64,000 nt of DNA from Octopus sinensis (Eukaryota): assembly GCF_006345805.1 (NCBI RefSeq), contig NC_043006.1, positions 99,572,001-99,636,000 of the forward strand. The letters are read 5' to 3'. Under the pieces are notes generated by a model that saw nothing but the letters and a program-made list of their open reading frames with translations, had not been told where the DNA came from and did no database searches. The number at the start of each line of letters is the position of its first letter. The first letter of the stretch is position 1. Both the position numbers and the translations under genes were made by a program. Below are positions 25,930 to 40,291 of the stretch, piece after piece.

Positions 25930-25970
25930 CTAGCATTAAAGACCCGTCGTTACCGGGTCATAGTGCTAGT
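25930..25970 (+). mobile_element. Orphan Helitron-type 3' terminus (hairpin + CTAG|T)
   Basis: Hairpin gacccg (25941-25946) / cgggtc (25954-25959), then ctag at 25966-25969 followed by T. The whole 41 bp is quasi-palindromic. Confidence 0.45.
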
Positions 25971-26419
25971 GCATGTATATATGTGTATATATATGTGTAC
26001 ATATTACATGTACATCTATATATATATATATACATCTACACATAAAAGGCAAAATACCAAGTTATACCTTGATATCGCTAGTGATAACAATATTCAAAAT
26101 ATATAACAGACTGGAATTGTTAGCTCTTCAATTTTCTCTACGTTGTATAGTTTAAACACAATAGTCTTTTCTTTAATTTAATTTTTTATTATCCATCTGG
26201 ACTATTCCATTTCTGCACGCTAATTTTATTTTTAATTTATTCCCATTCATGTGAAACCACTTATTCAAGTTCAAATCATTGATGCAATTTTATACCAATT
26301 GCTATTTTTACTTTTGTATGTTACGATTATATTATACTTTAGTTTGATTTTAATTATTACTTACTATATAATTCAATTGTTATTATTATTTTTATTGTAA
26401 AAGTGAAATCATCTGACAT

Positions 26420-26807
26420 AAAATAGAGAAATATTTTTGTTTCACTTTTAAAACACGTAATACTGAAATAGTGGAGAAGATATGATATTGCTATGGGCTC
26501 GCTCTAGGAAAGAAGTGAACATTTTTTTTTGCCCATGAACTACATGGACCCTAAGAAAGGCATGTGTAATATTTGAATGAAATTGGTGTGTAGTAAGTTT
26601 TTTTAGGGAATCGTAGTGGAAAATATGATCTTGCTGTGGGCTCGTCCTATGCAAAAAGTAAAAGTTCTTTGGCGATGACACTCCCCGGACCCTAAGTAAG
26701 GCATGTGTAAAATTTGAATGAAATTGGTTGTGTAGTTCTCAATTTTTAGGGAAACACACAGACAGACAGACAGACAGACACCATTCTCAGTTTTATATAT
26801 ATAAAGA
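26420..26807 (-). mobile_element. Non-autonomous Helitron-like element, 5' part, with internal ~150-bp duplication
   Basis: Minus-strand start A|TCtttatatatataaaactg, internal (CAGA)n, and a duplicated block gggctcg...ggaccctaag(a/t)aaggcatgtgtaa(t/a)atttgaatgaaattgg. Same terminus type as 31226-31625. Confidence 0.6.
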
Positions 26808-26811
26808 TATA

Positions 26812-26867
<56 letters not shown>

Positions 26868-26949
26868 GAGAAAGAGAGAGAGAAAAACATAAAGAGTGTA
26901 GTAACTAATAGAGATAGATTGATTGTGTGAGAGAGTTGCAGATGTAAAA

Positions 26950-27350
26950 GTTGAATTATTCTCGCAGAACATTGTAGTTTCTTATTATTATATAGGGACA
27001 AACTTCTACTTGGGATGCGCATTTCGAAAATTAAATTTGTTTTCTTCGAGCACGCATCGTTTCAGCGACCTCGTGGGCTACATACACCCATATTGTTTAG
27101 AGTTTGTTTATACATTTCACTTTTATTTTTTTTCAGATAGGAACTTCTAGTGCAAGTTCTGTTTTCGAATTATACTTCATAGGTGAAGAACCAGTGTTTA
27201 CTCTATATATCTGCAAAGAAATCAATTCCTGCTTTTCACATTCTTGTTTCCAAAATATCTTTAACCACGATCTCCAGTTCACCGACATTCTTTTTTGTAA
27301 TTCCAAATTCAGCTGCTTCAAGTACGTTCTGTTGTTGTTTGCTTTACTGT
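26950..27350 (-). pseudogene. Possible pogo/Tigger-type transposase N-terminal relic
   Basis: Minus-strand AAEFGITKKNV..NWR resembles the helix-turn-helix of pogo-type transposases. Heavily decayed; weak. Confidence 0.25.
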
Positions 27351-28622
27351 AAATACTAGGGTTTCAACTGCGCAATCCCATTTTGCATTTTATCCAGGCA
27401 TATTTTTCTATCGTACAATAATTATTTGGTCTGGTACTTCGTAATTTTGATTGAATTGTACTTTTCTCTGTAGTATCCCTGGAGTTGGCGCTTTCTAGCA
27501 TTCGTAAAGTTCCCACAGTTACTGCTCTTCAAGCTACACCGGAAAACGCTGGACATCTTCCAGCCTCATTGACACTACCGACAAAAGTACAATGCAATCC
27601 AAATTACGAAGTACCAGAACAAAATGACAAAAAATGCAAAATTGGGTTATGTCTACTGCATTACACACAACAAGCACATCCACCAAAATGATTCATTTTG
27701 TTATGCACTAGATATCGCATTACAATGACAGAAAAGCATTTTAATTAACTACTTAATACAACAATTTAACAAGAAAATGAGCAAGGGTGTTTGATTTCGA
27801 AAAAACATTTTTTGATTTTTTAAATATCCTAGATACTATAGAACCCCGTCATGCTGGATATCACTGAATCATATCTGTATGTCGTATTGCAGTTACGTAG
27901 AAAGGATTAAGTTCATATTGTTCGCATCCCTGAGATTCCAGGTAATATTAACTATTTAAATTAAATACAATCCAAAAGAACTACTTTAATAAAATATATT
28001 GCTCTGACGAGAAGAATAGTTGCATGCTAAAACAGCTTTATAAATAAAATGTTATATGTCTGAATTATTCATTACTTAGATAACTTCATGGTATAAAATC
28101 ATATTTTTATCAAATTATTCTACAATGGTATGATAAAATAAATCGATATCGCATGAATTTCATTCATGTAAATTTAGGATTAAAAGGAATAATAATAGAA
28201 TATGATGAATCATAATTCCCACTGTACATAAAATCCTAATTATTATGGTTAATCAGGAATAAATCAGCATTAAAATATTTTGAAAAACTATAAAAATAGA
28301 AGCCATATTAACGCTAGTTACTTGTAACACGCATTATATTATTTGGAAATTTATAGATGTATATGTTATCACGACGCAAGTGATTTCCGGAAAAATGTCA
28401 TTAATTTACGATGCCTTACTTAGAGATAGCTTATTATCACATACATAATTGCTGTAGACCTTATGCTTGAAAACGCACTTGGCTTGAATGAGGTTTCAAT
28501 ATGCAAAAGCAAAAGAAAATAATATTTTTTTGCATTAACACGTATTAAGAAATATACTTATTCCAAATATGTCAATTGAATACGATGTATAGAGGGTAGT
28601 TATTTAATCGTTCGAAGATTAT

Positions 28623-28658
<36 letters not shown>

Positions 28659-29276
28659 TTAAAATTTGGTACCTTGAAATCTCATTTCAAAGTAAAATTT
28701 ATCTAAAGAATGTATAAGTTTTACATAGAATTTTTCAACTTACAGTTACATGTGTGAAACTATTCTGAAACTATTGATAGACAGGTGTAAATTATAAAAC
28801 ATGTGCATTTCAGCTATAGGAGTAATTCTACATGAAACACGTAGCGGTTTGTCAGGTCAACCCAGTTATCACTGATCAAAGGGAAAATGATGAATATTCT
28901 CATAACATAAGCATTTAAACAAAACCTATATCGGGTATTATTTTCAGATATAAAAAACACTAATTTCTTTTCGCAACCGAGACGCCATACATAACAGTTT
29001 TACTTTATGATTTTCCGGGATCAGTCTATAAATAAAAAAAAGGGAAATAAATAAACAATACCGAAAGAGCGAAATTAAATTATGTGCAGTTGAAAAAGTT
29101 TAGATATAGCAGTTTTTGTGGTTTGGTTACAAATATATATATACTTTATATATATACATACATACATATATAAATACACATACATACATAATATTATATA
29201 TATATATAATTATATATATATATATATAATATATTAATATACTGTGTACAGTTAAACACATAAGAGGTATCCATCA

Positions 29277-29349
29277 TAGGACTACCTGCCGCTAGACAGG
29301 GACAGATAAATTCCAACCCACTGTCCTCTCTAGCATGCAGGTAGTCCTA
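29277..29349. other. Isolated 73-nt stem-loop (pre-miRNA-like or mini-MITE)
   Basis: Perfect 13-bp outer arms taggactacctgc / gcaggtagtccta, imperfect inner arms gctagacagggacag / ctgtcctctctagc, 15-nt loop. Confidence 0.7.
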
Positions 29350-29482
29350 CACACGCTAGGCCACTGGTATGGAAATTTCTAATGCCAAATTACCCTTTGA
29401 TATAATTATATATATGTGTAAATGTGTATATATATACATATATATATATATACATAATATATATATATATATATGTATTATA

Positions 29483-29537
<55 letters not shown>

Positions 29538-29604
29538 TGTTGTGTGTGTGTGTGTGGTGGTGTGTGTATGTGTATGGTGTGTATTGAAATATGTATACAT
29601 TTAT

Positions 29605-30351
29605 ATATAGAAGCACATCAAGACGGTATTCGATTTCTTGCTATGTTCGCTGTAGGATAGCCTCATCGACGGTGGCAATGGCTTTACGAATCATTTGCCT
29701 CAATTCAATGTCCCGTATCTTTGTTTGATACATGATGTCTTTTACATAACCCCATAAAAAGAAGTCCAAGGAAGTGATAACTGGCGAACGCGGTGGCCAT
29801 GCAATTGACCCATCCCTTCCAATCTATCGGTCTGGAAATGTTTGATTGAGGAACCGAATGTCGTGGTGCACCATCTTGCTGAAAAATGATGGTTGGTTGT
29901 CAATCAATCAGTTGTGGTGCCACATATTCGGTCATAAGGTCGAGGTAAACATCTGCAGTAATTGTTGCCTCGTTGAAGAAACAGGACCAATTATTCGATT
30001 GCACATGATTCTACACCACACATTCACTTTTGGACTATCCCGTTGAAGCGTCCTAGTCACAAGGGGGTGTTCTGATCCACAGATTCTCACTATGTGTCTG
30101 TTTAATTTCCCTGAAACATGAAAGTCGCTTTGTCACTAAAACAATATCGCTTAAGGAGTGCTTCATCCTCATTTTATAGTGTTCAGGGCATCAGTTCTCT
30201 TCCATCAACAGAGTATCTAAACCACAAAAACTTAATATCAATAAAAACTTTAATAAACAATTATTAAAATAAAACAAATGTGATTAAAATGTCTCATCAA
30301 CTGCCTTTGTAATATATTTTTTAAATGTAAAGAGAGTTTATGGACACCCTG
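29605..30351 (-). pseudogene. Internally deleted Tc1/mariner-superfamily (maT-like) transposon
   Basis: Minus strand: FQQDGAP ... AWPPRSPVITSLDFFLWGYVKDIMY ... EIEYRL. Terminus TA|CAGGGTGTCCA at 30351. Confidence 0.8.
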
Positions 30352-30533
30352 TATATGTATGTATGTATATATACACATATACATACATATATACATATAA
30401 CCTATACCGTATTTTTATGTACTGCATTTTTTGTACTCATTTATATAAAACTTTTACATTTCATGTTTCGATTACTTGTGATTTTTTATATAAAATATTT
30501 TCTTCGTGAAAAGAAATTATCTCTTTATGATGT

Positions 30534-30568
<35 letters not shown>

Positions 30569-31225
30569 TATATATATTGATATTAAATTGCTATACAACT
30601 CATAAAACAATGTTATTTATAGAAGTAGTGTGTATAATTCAACCAGAGATAATATTTCGTTATCGTGTGTTTGTGTTGTGAGGGAATACTGGTCGTTTGA
30701 TCACCTTAAATATTTGCCTTTATCATCATCATCGTTGTCATCGCCATCATCGTCGTCTTCATCGTCATAGTCATCATAGTCATCATCATCCTCATCAAAA
30801 TTATTGTCATCATATCCTCATCTTATACATCGTCTTCATTTCAATCATCACAACACTAACTACAAATATTATAATTATTTCATTTTATTTTCAAATACGT
30901 CGCTATGTTTATAAAATTGGGGCATATTTGTTTCTTTATCTATACATACATTTAACAGTGCAAAAGTATACAGGATTGTTTGCAACCTTATAATCCATTA
31001 AAATATGTTTCCTTGCCGTGCTCATCGGAATATTCTACTCAGATTCTATAAATCTATTAACAACGAATTTTCCTCCCCAGACCTCACTTCTATATAAATC
31101 ATGATATTGAACAGTTTGTGGTTTGAGATATTTTCAGGGTTATCTTGTTTCAACACACCTTTGGTCTAATACGTCTTCGTTATAGCGACATATGCTAATG
31201 ACATATTATGCCTTGTAGTATTAGA

Positions 31226-31625
31226 CTAGCAGTATCGTCCGGCGTTGCTTGGGTTTGTAAGGGAAATAACTATAAAGTATTTTTAGAGAGTTATAGCTAA
31301 AAAATAGGGGGAAATATGCATTAAAAATGGAAAAGAAATGATGGTAATTATCTTTTTAGATAGTTGACTCATCGTAGACATTTTTAGAGAGTTACTTCCC
31401 TTATATAATAGCGGGGAAAATGCATTAAAATGGAAGAAAAATCATGGTAAATTATTTTTAAAATCGTAGACTGATCGTAGACGCGCGCTAATACCTAGAA
31501 GGGCTCGATATGAATCACGACTATACGATACCTGGTTTGGGTTAAACTGCACCGCAAAATGTGGGAGTAGTTAGGAATCTAAATCGTAGGAGACAGACAC
31601 ACAACCTTACTTTTATATATAAAGA
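31226..31625 (-). mobile_element. Complete 400-bp non-autonomous Helitron
   Basis: Minus strand: 5' A|TC at 31625, 3' CTAG|T at 31226, subterminal cccaagcaacgccggac (decayed hairpin), no TSD, internal tandem duplication. Confidence 0.8.
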
Positions 31626-32877
31626 TATCATCATTGACAGGATGCTAGGTTTTATTCAAGAGTACTCAAAATGTTATTACTAGCAGTGTGATTTAACACA
31701 TTCTATAATATCATAATTGGATATTTTAACAGCGGCGTATTTCAAAACTTAATGGAAAATAACTTAGAAACAATGACTTCGGTATTAGAATCTTGTTAAA
31801 TGATTGCAGCATTTTAGGAATGACTCTTCTAATCGAAACATTTTTTGGGGGTGTTTTGACACACTTCAAAACTAATAACTGAACACAGAGTTTTCTTACC
31901 TTCGAAACGTTCTCTTATATTTATAAATTATAACTCGATTTCAATATTGACTTCCGGAGCCATCTAAGTCAACGTGATCGATATAAGTATGCAATTGGCA
32001 CAAGTTCAAAGTTACTATTTACTTTGGCAGCATCTGAATTCCGCGTATAAATTTTCTTAAGACATTTACTAATCCACTATTGAAATAGTGCTGTTAAGAT
32101 TGACTTGCCATATCTTTTTCCCATGCACGGTATATGCCTGAACTTTTAGTTAATTCTTATTCCTTTAATACCACTATATTTCAGGTGTTGTTAATCTAAT
32201 GCATTTAGATTTTCAAATTACATCTTCCATAATCACCACAATTATTTGAAAGATGTTTCACGAACTTGGACAAACGCCTACTCATGGAAATTACATTGTA
32301 ACCGACATTGATTTGCTAATAACAAAATTACATACCCGCCCCATTTCGCTGAACAGCTGATCAATGTTCTCTTGAAGGTACGAAAGTTTTAAGAGGATTA
32401 ATTTTAAAATATTAATAGCATTTTGATTAGTTTCAAGCAACATCATTTGACGCGTAATGAACACGAAATTATAATTAAATTACATAGAATACAATTCAAT
32501 AGTATCAACACCACCAGCACCACCAACACAATTATCTGTATCACCATCAATACAAAGTACAAAGCATAGCTACATTAATGAAGGAGAATTGGCATATTAT
32601 TTTTTTTAATATTTCCGACTGAAAAAAACAAAAACAAATATAAATTAATAAAGTCATCCTATGCATAAAAGTAGATGTTAACTGAGACACATCTACCACA
32701 GTCTAGATGCAAATCGAGAAAATTTGGTAAGAGCTACATTGAGAAATAAAGAGTAAATAGAACATTCGTACTACCGAGAAAAAGAGTAATATATGTTTCA
32801 ACTTTTGGCAAATGGATAGCAGGGGAATGAGTAAATTGTTTACATGAACTCTAGTTCGACGAGCAAGGATCTGAATG

Positions 32878-32952
<75 letters not shown>

Positions 32953-32983
32953 GTAAATGGGAGACCGCCTTCGATCATGAATG

Positions 32984-33055
32984 AGTAAAGGTGGTGCTCC
33001 AACATAACCGCAGTGAAATGACTGAAACAAGTAAAAGAGTAAAAGAGTAAAGACA
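32984..33055 (+). mobile_element. SINE family A 3' tail fragment
   Basis: aaaggtggtgctccaacataaccgcagtgaaatgactgaaacaagtaaaagagtaaaagag matches the family A tail. Confidence 0.65.
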
Positions 33056-33076
33056 AGATATATATGTACATATATA

Positions 33077-33152
<76 letters not shown>

Positions 33153-33506
33153 TTATATGTAAGCTCGTGTGTGTGTGTATATATATATAAATTAATGTAA
33201 GAAGAAATAAATTCAATAGTACTTGTTTAGTAGAAAGATGGTCGAAAAATCTTTTACATGGGATATAAACACATAGACGATTTAACTGATGACCCAAAGA
33301 AATGTTCTTTCATGCCTCGATCATTTTGTCGTCTGACTCCATAAATCTTACCCATAAGTGTAGATTATTTTCTACACGATTGAAATCGTACTCAAAACTT
33401 ATATAGAGACTTATTTTACATACTTACTAAAAACTAGTATGCGAGAGAACTGAAGCCGATGTGACCAACTTATGCACTTATCTAAAGTTGCTGGCCTTTA
33501 CTAATA

Positions 33507-33720
33507 TACGAGGAATCTTGAAAATTTCCTGAATTTGTGTAAAAGAAAATACAGGAAGATCAGTTAATTATGATTTTATTCAACATATTCCCTTTTCAGA
33601 TTCACAAAATTATTCCAGCAGTATTTCAGTTTTTTTTTTAAAACTCGGTCTGCTGGGCATCCAACCAGCACTTGCGCAGTGAATTTACAACCAGGTTTAT
33701 CCACCACTCCTCGTAATAAA
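33507..33720 (-). pseudogene. mariner 3' end relic with terminal repeat
   Basis: Minus-strand LKYCWNNFVNLKREYVE* (mariner C-terminus, RWEKCVELKGDYVE-like). Terminus ta|cgagg...gaaaatttcc. Confidence 0.6.
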
Positions 33721-34109
33721 CCATTAAGCAGCATTGTTGTTAAATGAAAGAAAGGAGGATGTTTATATGTGTATCTGTGATGATACAAAGTACTAACGAA
33801 GCAAAAGTATGTCGCCTACAGACATCAACTTCTCCCTGGTGAGAGCCGAAAATTGGTAATGAATAATTATCTCTATCTGCGTATTTATCTATATACTATA
33901 TATACATATACATACACACCTCATTAATAAGCAAAGTGTATAATTTCCTATAATTGCATCCATTATGCGTAAAAAAATATTAAAATATATTTGTATATAA
34001 ATATGTATCTACAGTCTCTCATATGTATAAATATATTATGAATATAAATGATGAATCAGCGTAACACTGACGCATTATATGTGTATATATACACACACAC
34101 AGACATATA

Positions 34110-34168
<59 letters not shown>

Positions 34169-34216
34169 GAGAAAGAGAGAGAGATATTAATGAATATATA
34201 TATATATATATATATA

Positions 34217-34265
<49 letters not shown>

Positions 34266-34910
34266 CATATATAGGTTGAAATAAATATAAATATATATAT
34301 ATATATATATGCATATAAATATATATATATATATAGATATATATATAAATGAATATATACATTCATATATGTGTGTGTATATATATATTTAAATATATAC
34401 AAATCTCTATATATATATGTAGGTATATGTGTATGTGTGATCAGAAATGTCTATCTCATATTAATATTTGTTTATGTAAGGCAGTAACTGCAAATCCTTG
34501 TTAATTATAGGGAAGTTGTAATTTTGGTAAATATATGTTTAATAAGTTTTTTTGCGGAAACGTTTATTTATAATGACTCTTGAACGAATTTGGGTTTTAA
34601 TACTGATTTCCAGAAGTGCACTGAAAGTCTTACAAGTTTAATTGAAACAAAATCAATGATTTAATATTTAAAACTACGATAATCATGCAAGTCATATGAT
34701 TCACGTCATATTCTAGTATGTGTTTGCCACAATTTGTAGAACTTAGTGGCAGAAATTTAAAATCAACTTTTTATTTCAGCTACTGAACATTATATATGAA
34801 TTAATCATATGATTACTTGTATGAGAATTTATATCCATGTTTTAGTTAACAAATATAATTAAGAAATATATTTTTGGTGCATGGTATATAGATATGTGTG
34901 TGTATTTATA

Positions 34911-34953
<43 letters not shown>

Positions 34954-35656
34954 TATGTGTGTGTGTTAACCAAGTACACATCACTAATTAGAGTAATGGA
35001 ATAATATGATCATCTTATGACCGCCATTAGCTTACAGCTTCTATCAGATGCAATGAAATCATAGTTGAGTGCCTGTTTACAACTTTATAGTTCCATCGGA
35101 GTCTCGTTTATGAAGTGCAGTTTATTTGTGAAACCATCACGTTTGTCCTTATATATGTAACAACATCAAAAATGAGGAAGAAATATCGATGTATATAAAA
35201 AGTGTATACACACACACAACACACAAACACACCCACATATGTGTATATGCATTTATATATCTATACATATCAATATACTCATATATATATATATATATAT
35301 ATATACATACATACACACCACACACACACACATATACATATACACTCACGCACGCACACACACACACATATATATATATGTGTGTGTGTGTGTGTTTGTG
35401 TGTGTGTGAGAGAGAGAGTATATGTCTGTTATTCTATTCAACAATATTGTGACTTGAATGTTTTGGCCATTTGAGCCTTATTTTGGATAAAACGTCGAAG
35501 TCACTGTCAATAACTTTCTTGCATAAGAATTATCACTTTGTTCCCTACAAATGTATTGGGTAACATGTGAGAATAATGTAAATGATTTGATTGTAAGTAA
35601 ACATGAGCATACATATATATGTATATACATATATATATATACACACGCACGCACAT

Positions 35657-35691
<35 letters not shown>

Positions 35692-36006
35692 CACATATGT
35701 GTATATATGCGTGTGTTTCTGAGTGTGTATATATGTATGCATGTATGTGTGTATTCTTGTGTGTATGTATAATTCGTAATTACCTTTCCATTCATTGTTA
35801 GTATATCATTTAAGTTTAATGCAAATGAAGGTTGTGAGAAATTTGCAGAGGTACCGGGATATTAGATTTCCTATACATCATTACTCTGAGGTGATTATAT
35901 TAGTCAGTATTATTAATATATATACCCCTCTTCGGTCAGTTGATTGTAACACTGTTTTCCTGAATCAACCCATCCAGTAATTAATTAATATTAACCTTAT
36001 AGTTCT

Positions 36007-36108
<102 letters not shown>

Positions 36109-36154
36109 TTTGCAGTGATAACATTTTAGGTATCAATGGTTTGTTATAACATAC

Positions 36155-36399
36155 TTAGGAAGTTATTAGTTTCATTGTGTGAGATAACCGTTTTTATCAT
36201 CACTCTTTCGGCACTTAATATTGAAAATATGAGGTAACTCCGAACCCATTCTTTGTAAAACCTAGGTTCTATATTCTGCTGTTCCAATTCACAGTAATTT
36301 TTTATATCAGGAGGTTGTAGAAAATAACATATTTCTTTATTGAAAGAAATGAAACGCAGGTCCACTTGCATGTCAGATCTTAAATCCATCAACAATTCC
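36155..36399 (-). other. Candidate internal exon (245 nt), unknown host gene
   Basis: Minus strand: pyrimidine tract ttttgttttctccttctaaAG and donor GTATGT, with 81 open codons between (ELLMDLRSDMQVDLRF...HNETNNFL). The aAG acceptor is atypical and I recognise no homologue. Confidence 0.3.
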
Positions 36400-38177
36400 C
36401 TTTAGAAGGAGAAAACAAAACAAAAACAGTTTAATTTGTTTTGTACTGGTTTAGCGATGATTTCAGGAGAATAGTGAACATGCCAATTCCGTATGTCCTA
36501 ACTGAATAGTTAATGAATTAGGTATTGATTCTTACATCGTAGACATGGGATCTGAGAAACAAATAGTTTCAATTTGAGATTGATAACGACCCATAGTTTA
36601 CACGGGTAGAGTAAAATAGTTAGTGGACTGTCAGGTAGATAAATGTATGTATGTATGTATGTATGTGCGTGTGAGTCTGTATGTATGCCTTTTTTATTTT
36701 TTATTTATTTTAAAAATTTTATTATTACTATTTTTTTTAATTTCTGTATGTAAGCATATAGATATGTAAATAAACAGATCAATATACAGACGGATAGGTA
36801 TATAGACTATATGAACAGACATATAGAGACATGGATCCACACATATAAAGATGCACATCCATACATACAAACATGGTACATAGTTACATAACACACACAC
36901 ACACACACAGATATGCACACACAAGGAGACAGAGGTGCATACATATACAAACACATGCTCACACACTCACACATAGAAAATACACAAACACGGACAGGCA
37001 AGCACATAAATATGCAGGATACGTACATACAGATGCACACACATACATACATACATACAGATGCAAACACACACACACATACATACGTACATGCATGCAT
37101 GTATAGGCACACACACACACACATACTGACCCACTGACCCACACACATGCACACAAACAAACAAAATTGAACGCAGTGTAAATAACGGACAGAGTCAAAA
37201 CTATTGAAAAGGTTGCAAGACGCAACGAAAGTTTTAGGAAAATAAAAATAAGAAAAAAGTGGAAATTTTACCGCTGAATGTGTTATATTATAAGGCACAA
37301 AAAGAAAATGACTCTTCCCAGACACAACAGAATATGCTTCAACACACGAACTCAAATAAAGAATCTTGCAAACCAAATCCAAAAATGAAACGTCTAAAAT
37401 ACTTATTGAAAAGTATTTATTTTCAGTTTGTAAAAATGACAATTTAAAATTTTAGCACTAAAGCTATTTCAAATCCCTTCTTGTAGGGAACCTCTACACT
37501 CTGCTCGCCAGATAGTTCTACCCCATATAATACTGATATTCAAGTGTAGACGTGTTGAATATGTTTTCTCGCCTACTCGTGTAGATAATAGATACCGTGA
37601 TTATCTTATCAATAATCTGACAGATACTGCGTAGGCTAGATTTCACTGTCAATATCTACGAAGAACAAAATATATCTGAAATTGTTGTCCACATTTGCCA
37701 AGATTAAATTAACATTATTCATCGGACTCAAGTTTTCTCCTCTACACCACATAGGTATTAATATGTAATTAAAATTTTCCATCACAATATTGGGTATGAC
37801 AACTCTAACTTGAGTGATAAGCTATTATAAATTTGTCTTTATACTGATCATCTTTTAGACGCCTTACATTAAGTTTAAAATAGATCACATTTTTAGAAAC
37901 CAGGTGTAGAGTGTCACAAATTGCGATGTAAAAACTGCGATTATCACGGTCAATGTTAGAAGTCATAAAAGTATTGTCGTTGATGTTATTATTAATAGGA
38001 GAAAAATATTCGAGCATTCGAGAAAATTCCTTGTAATATTCGTTTAAATCATTTTCGTTCTTTCTCCGAATCTCATCGAGTTCAAGTTTGCTTTTATCCT
38101 TCTAGAATTTACAAAGTACCAGTCAAGTAGTGAGACTGATTGCCTAGATAATCCTCCTCTCCTAAAAAACATCTTCG

Positions 38178-38269
38178 ACCTTCTGTATAAATTCATAACA
38201 TTACTGTTACTGTTAAAATAGAAGCCATTATCATTTTTGTTGACGTTGTTATTATTATTATTATTATTA

Positions 38270-38326
<57 letters not shown>

Positions 38327-39048
38327 CATTATTATTATTATTATTGCCTTTGCAGATGTACTACAGTGTCAGCTGTTCACTACCAGTGTACTAAGGTAAC
38401 ACCTATTATTTTTCGATCACCTTCCGGAGTATTCGAGCGGTTCCAAGCAGTGCTGTTTTCTGTAAGTGCTCCACCCTTATTGCAGCCCTTATGTGTTCCA
38501 CGTACTTCTCGAGATTTTTGCTCACTGGTGACAGGGCCCCCACAACTATTGATATTACTAATACCAGCGTTTACACGTTGATGGAATGACATCATCTGTC
38601 CTCAGGTTTTAACTTTACTTCTAGCGAAAAAGAAAGAAAGAAAAAAGATAAAATAGAAAAGGAAAAATAATAAGAATATCTAGTCAACTTTATGTTTAAT
38701 TTGATGAAATTCTCCTGTCATTTTATTCACTCACTCAATGTGTTATGTTAATAACTCGTAAACATATTTCTGCTCATGCATTTTGAGTATTGACAGCGTA
38801 TCTAATTCAGAATATTTTCTGAGAATATGCATTTCAAGTCTTTTTCAAAATTACAACCGTTCAATGCAAAATGTTCGAAGTACTGTTATTGTGCCTGACG
38901 TCATATTCGTGCCTATTAAATCTTTGTTAAATTGTTCTGTTGTATTACCAACATAAATCAGCTTGTGTATCATGCATTCTGCTGCGTACACCCAATAGGA
39001 ATATGTACATGTCCCACCTTCTGTATAAATTCATAACATTACTGTTAC
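38178..39048 (+). repeat. Exact 33-bp direct repeats (38178-38210 and 39016-39048)
   Basis: accttctgtataaattcataacattactgttac occurs identically at both positions. Confidence 0.9.
38346..38605 (-). mobile_element. 5'-truncated R4/Dong-like copy ending in (TAA)n
   Basis: Minus strand: ALSPVSKNLEKYVEHIRAAIRVEHLQKTALLGTARILRKVIEK*, a short 3' UTR, then the (AAT)n tract at 38247-38345. Confidence 0.8.
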
Positions 39049-40291
39049 GATTGCTTATGAAATTCATTTGACTCACGTTTTGCACACTGAACAGAGCTTG
39101 CCTCTCTTGTGGCTGTTTTGCAAGGTACAGCGTGCAGATACTCCTTATTCTATTTACAGGCTACAATAGGAGGCTCAAAAATTTGTTTGAATATTTTCTC
39201 AACAGCGTTTTGTAATATTTAGATGCATATAGATGCACTATGCGATGCAATTTGTGCCTGAGCGGAAAGCTGTTCATCCTGTTCCAGGATAAATATGCAT
39301 TGAACCAAATACAGGATCTTTTGAATTCCTGCAGACATGCTACGAAGTTATAAAATGTCTGATAAGATACCATACGGACAATAATAATATTTGACTTTCG
39401 CATTTGATTTTGGTTTTACCACATAAAAGCAGGTATCATTTTGTATAACACCGCCTTTACATTCTACATTTTACATTTTTATCCCTTCAAGAAAATCTTC
39501 GAGTTTTTTTGAGACATTTGATTGTTTCGTTTTTCTTTTTACAATGCAATTTAGCCCATTTATACACCTAGCAATTTTTATTTTTATTGTACATCTTAAA
39601 GCTCTATTGCAATCGTTTATTAATATGTGTTGTACAGATATCGCGTATTTACAGTCGACTAAAATGTATTTTTCAGGGATATCGAACACCAAAATGGACA
39701 TTTTGTTTTTATTTATTTATATTTTATTACTTATTATAATTTCATTATTATTATTCCTTACTTAATTGCTTCCATTGTATTTATTTATCATTTTTATTAT
39801 CATTGATTGTAATGCGATGGTGATGGCAGAGTTTTAACGAGCTTGCTTATTTTCTTTTTTTTTTTTGCGATTTTCGACAGCCACTAAGTTTACTTATTTC
39901 GCCCAGGCCGAACTTAATATCAATTTTATATCAGATTATATTACTACACTATTAATTTAATAATATTTGATTTTGTTCAATCCTCAATTAGAAGTTACAC
40001 CTTTTCATTATTCAATATACGAGACAAACGGTTTTAGATATACTCGTGAGCTTATGTACGTTATGGTGTATATACGTTTGTTTATGGATACATATGTACG
40101 TATGTATGAATATATAGATATATGTGTGCGTGTCTGTTTACATGTGTGTTACTATTGTATATATCAGTTTGCTTACGTGAGTATGAATGTATATTTCCTG
40201 TGTGCATTCATAGGTTTGGCTTATCCTTACTATTTGTCCCTTTCTTTCCATCCCATTCTATTTTCCTTATCGTAAGATAATTTACTGAGGA

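Noticed and set aside
31879-31915. ctgaaca...gaaacgtt as a hammerhead
   Set aside because: G8 is missing and stem I cannot form.
31900-32040. Strong minus-strand donor gaag|GTAAGA
   Set aside because: All three frames from the nearest acceptor contain stops. It could only be non-coding and has no other support.
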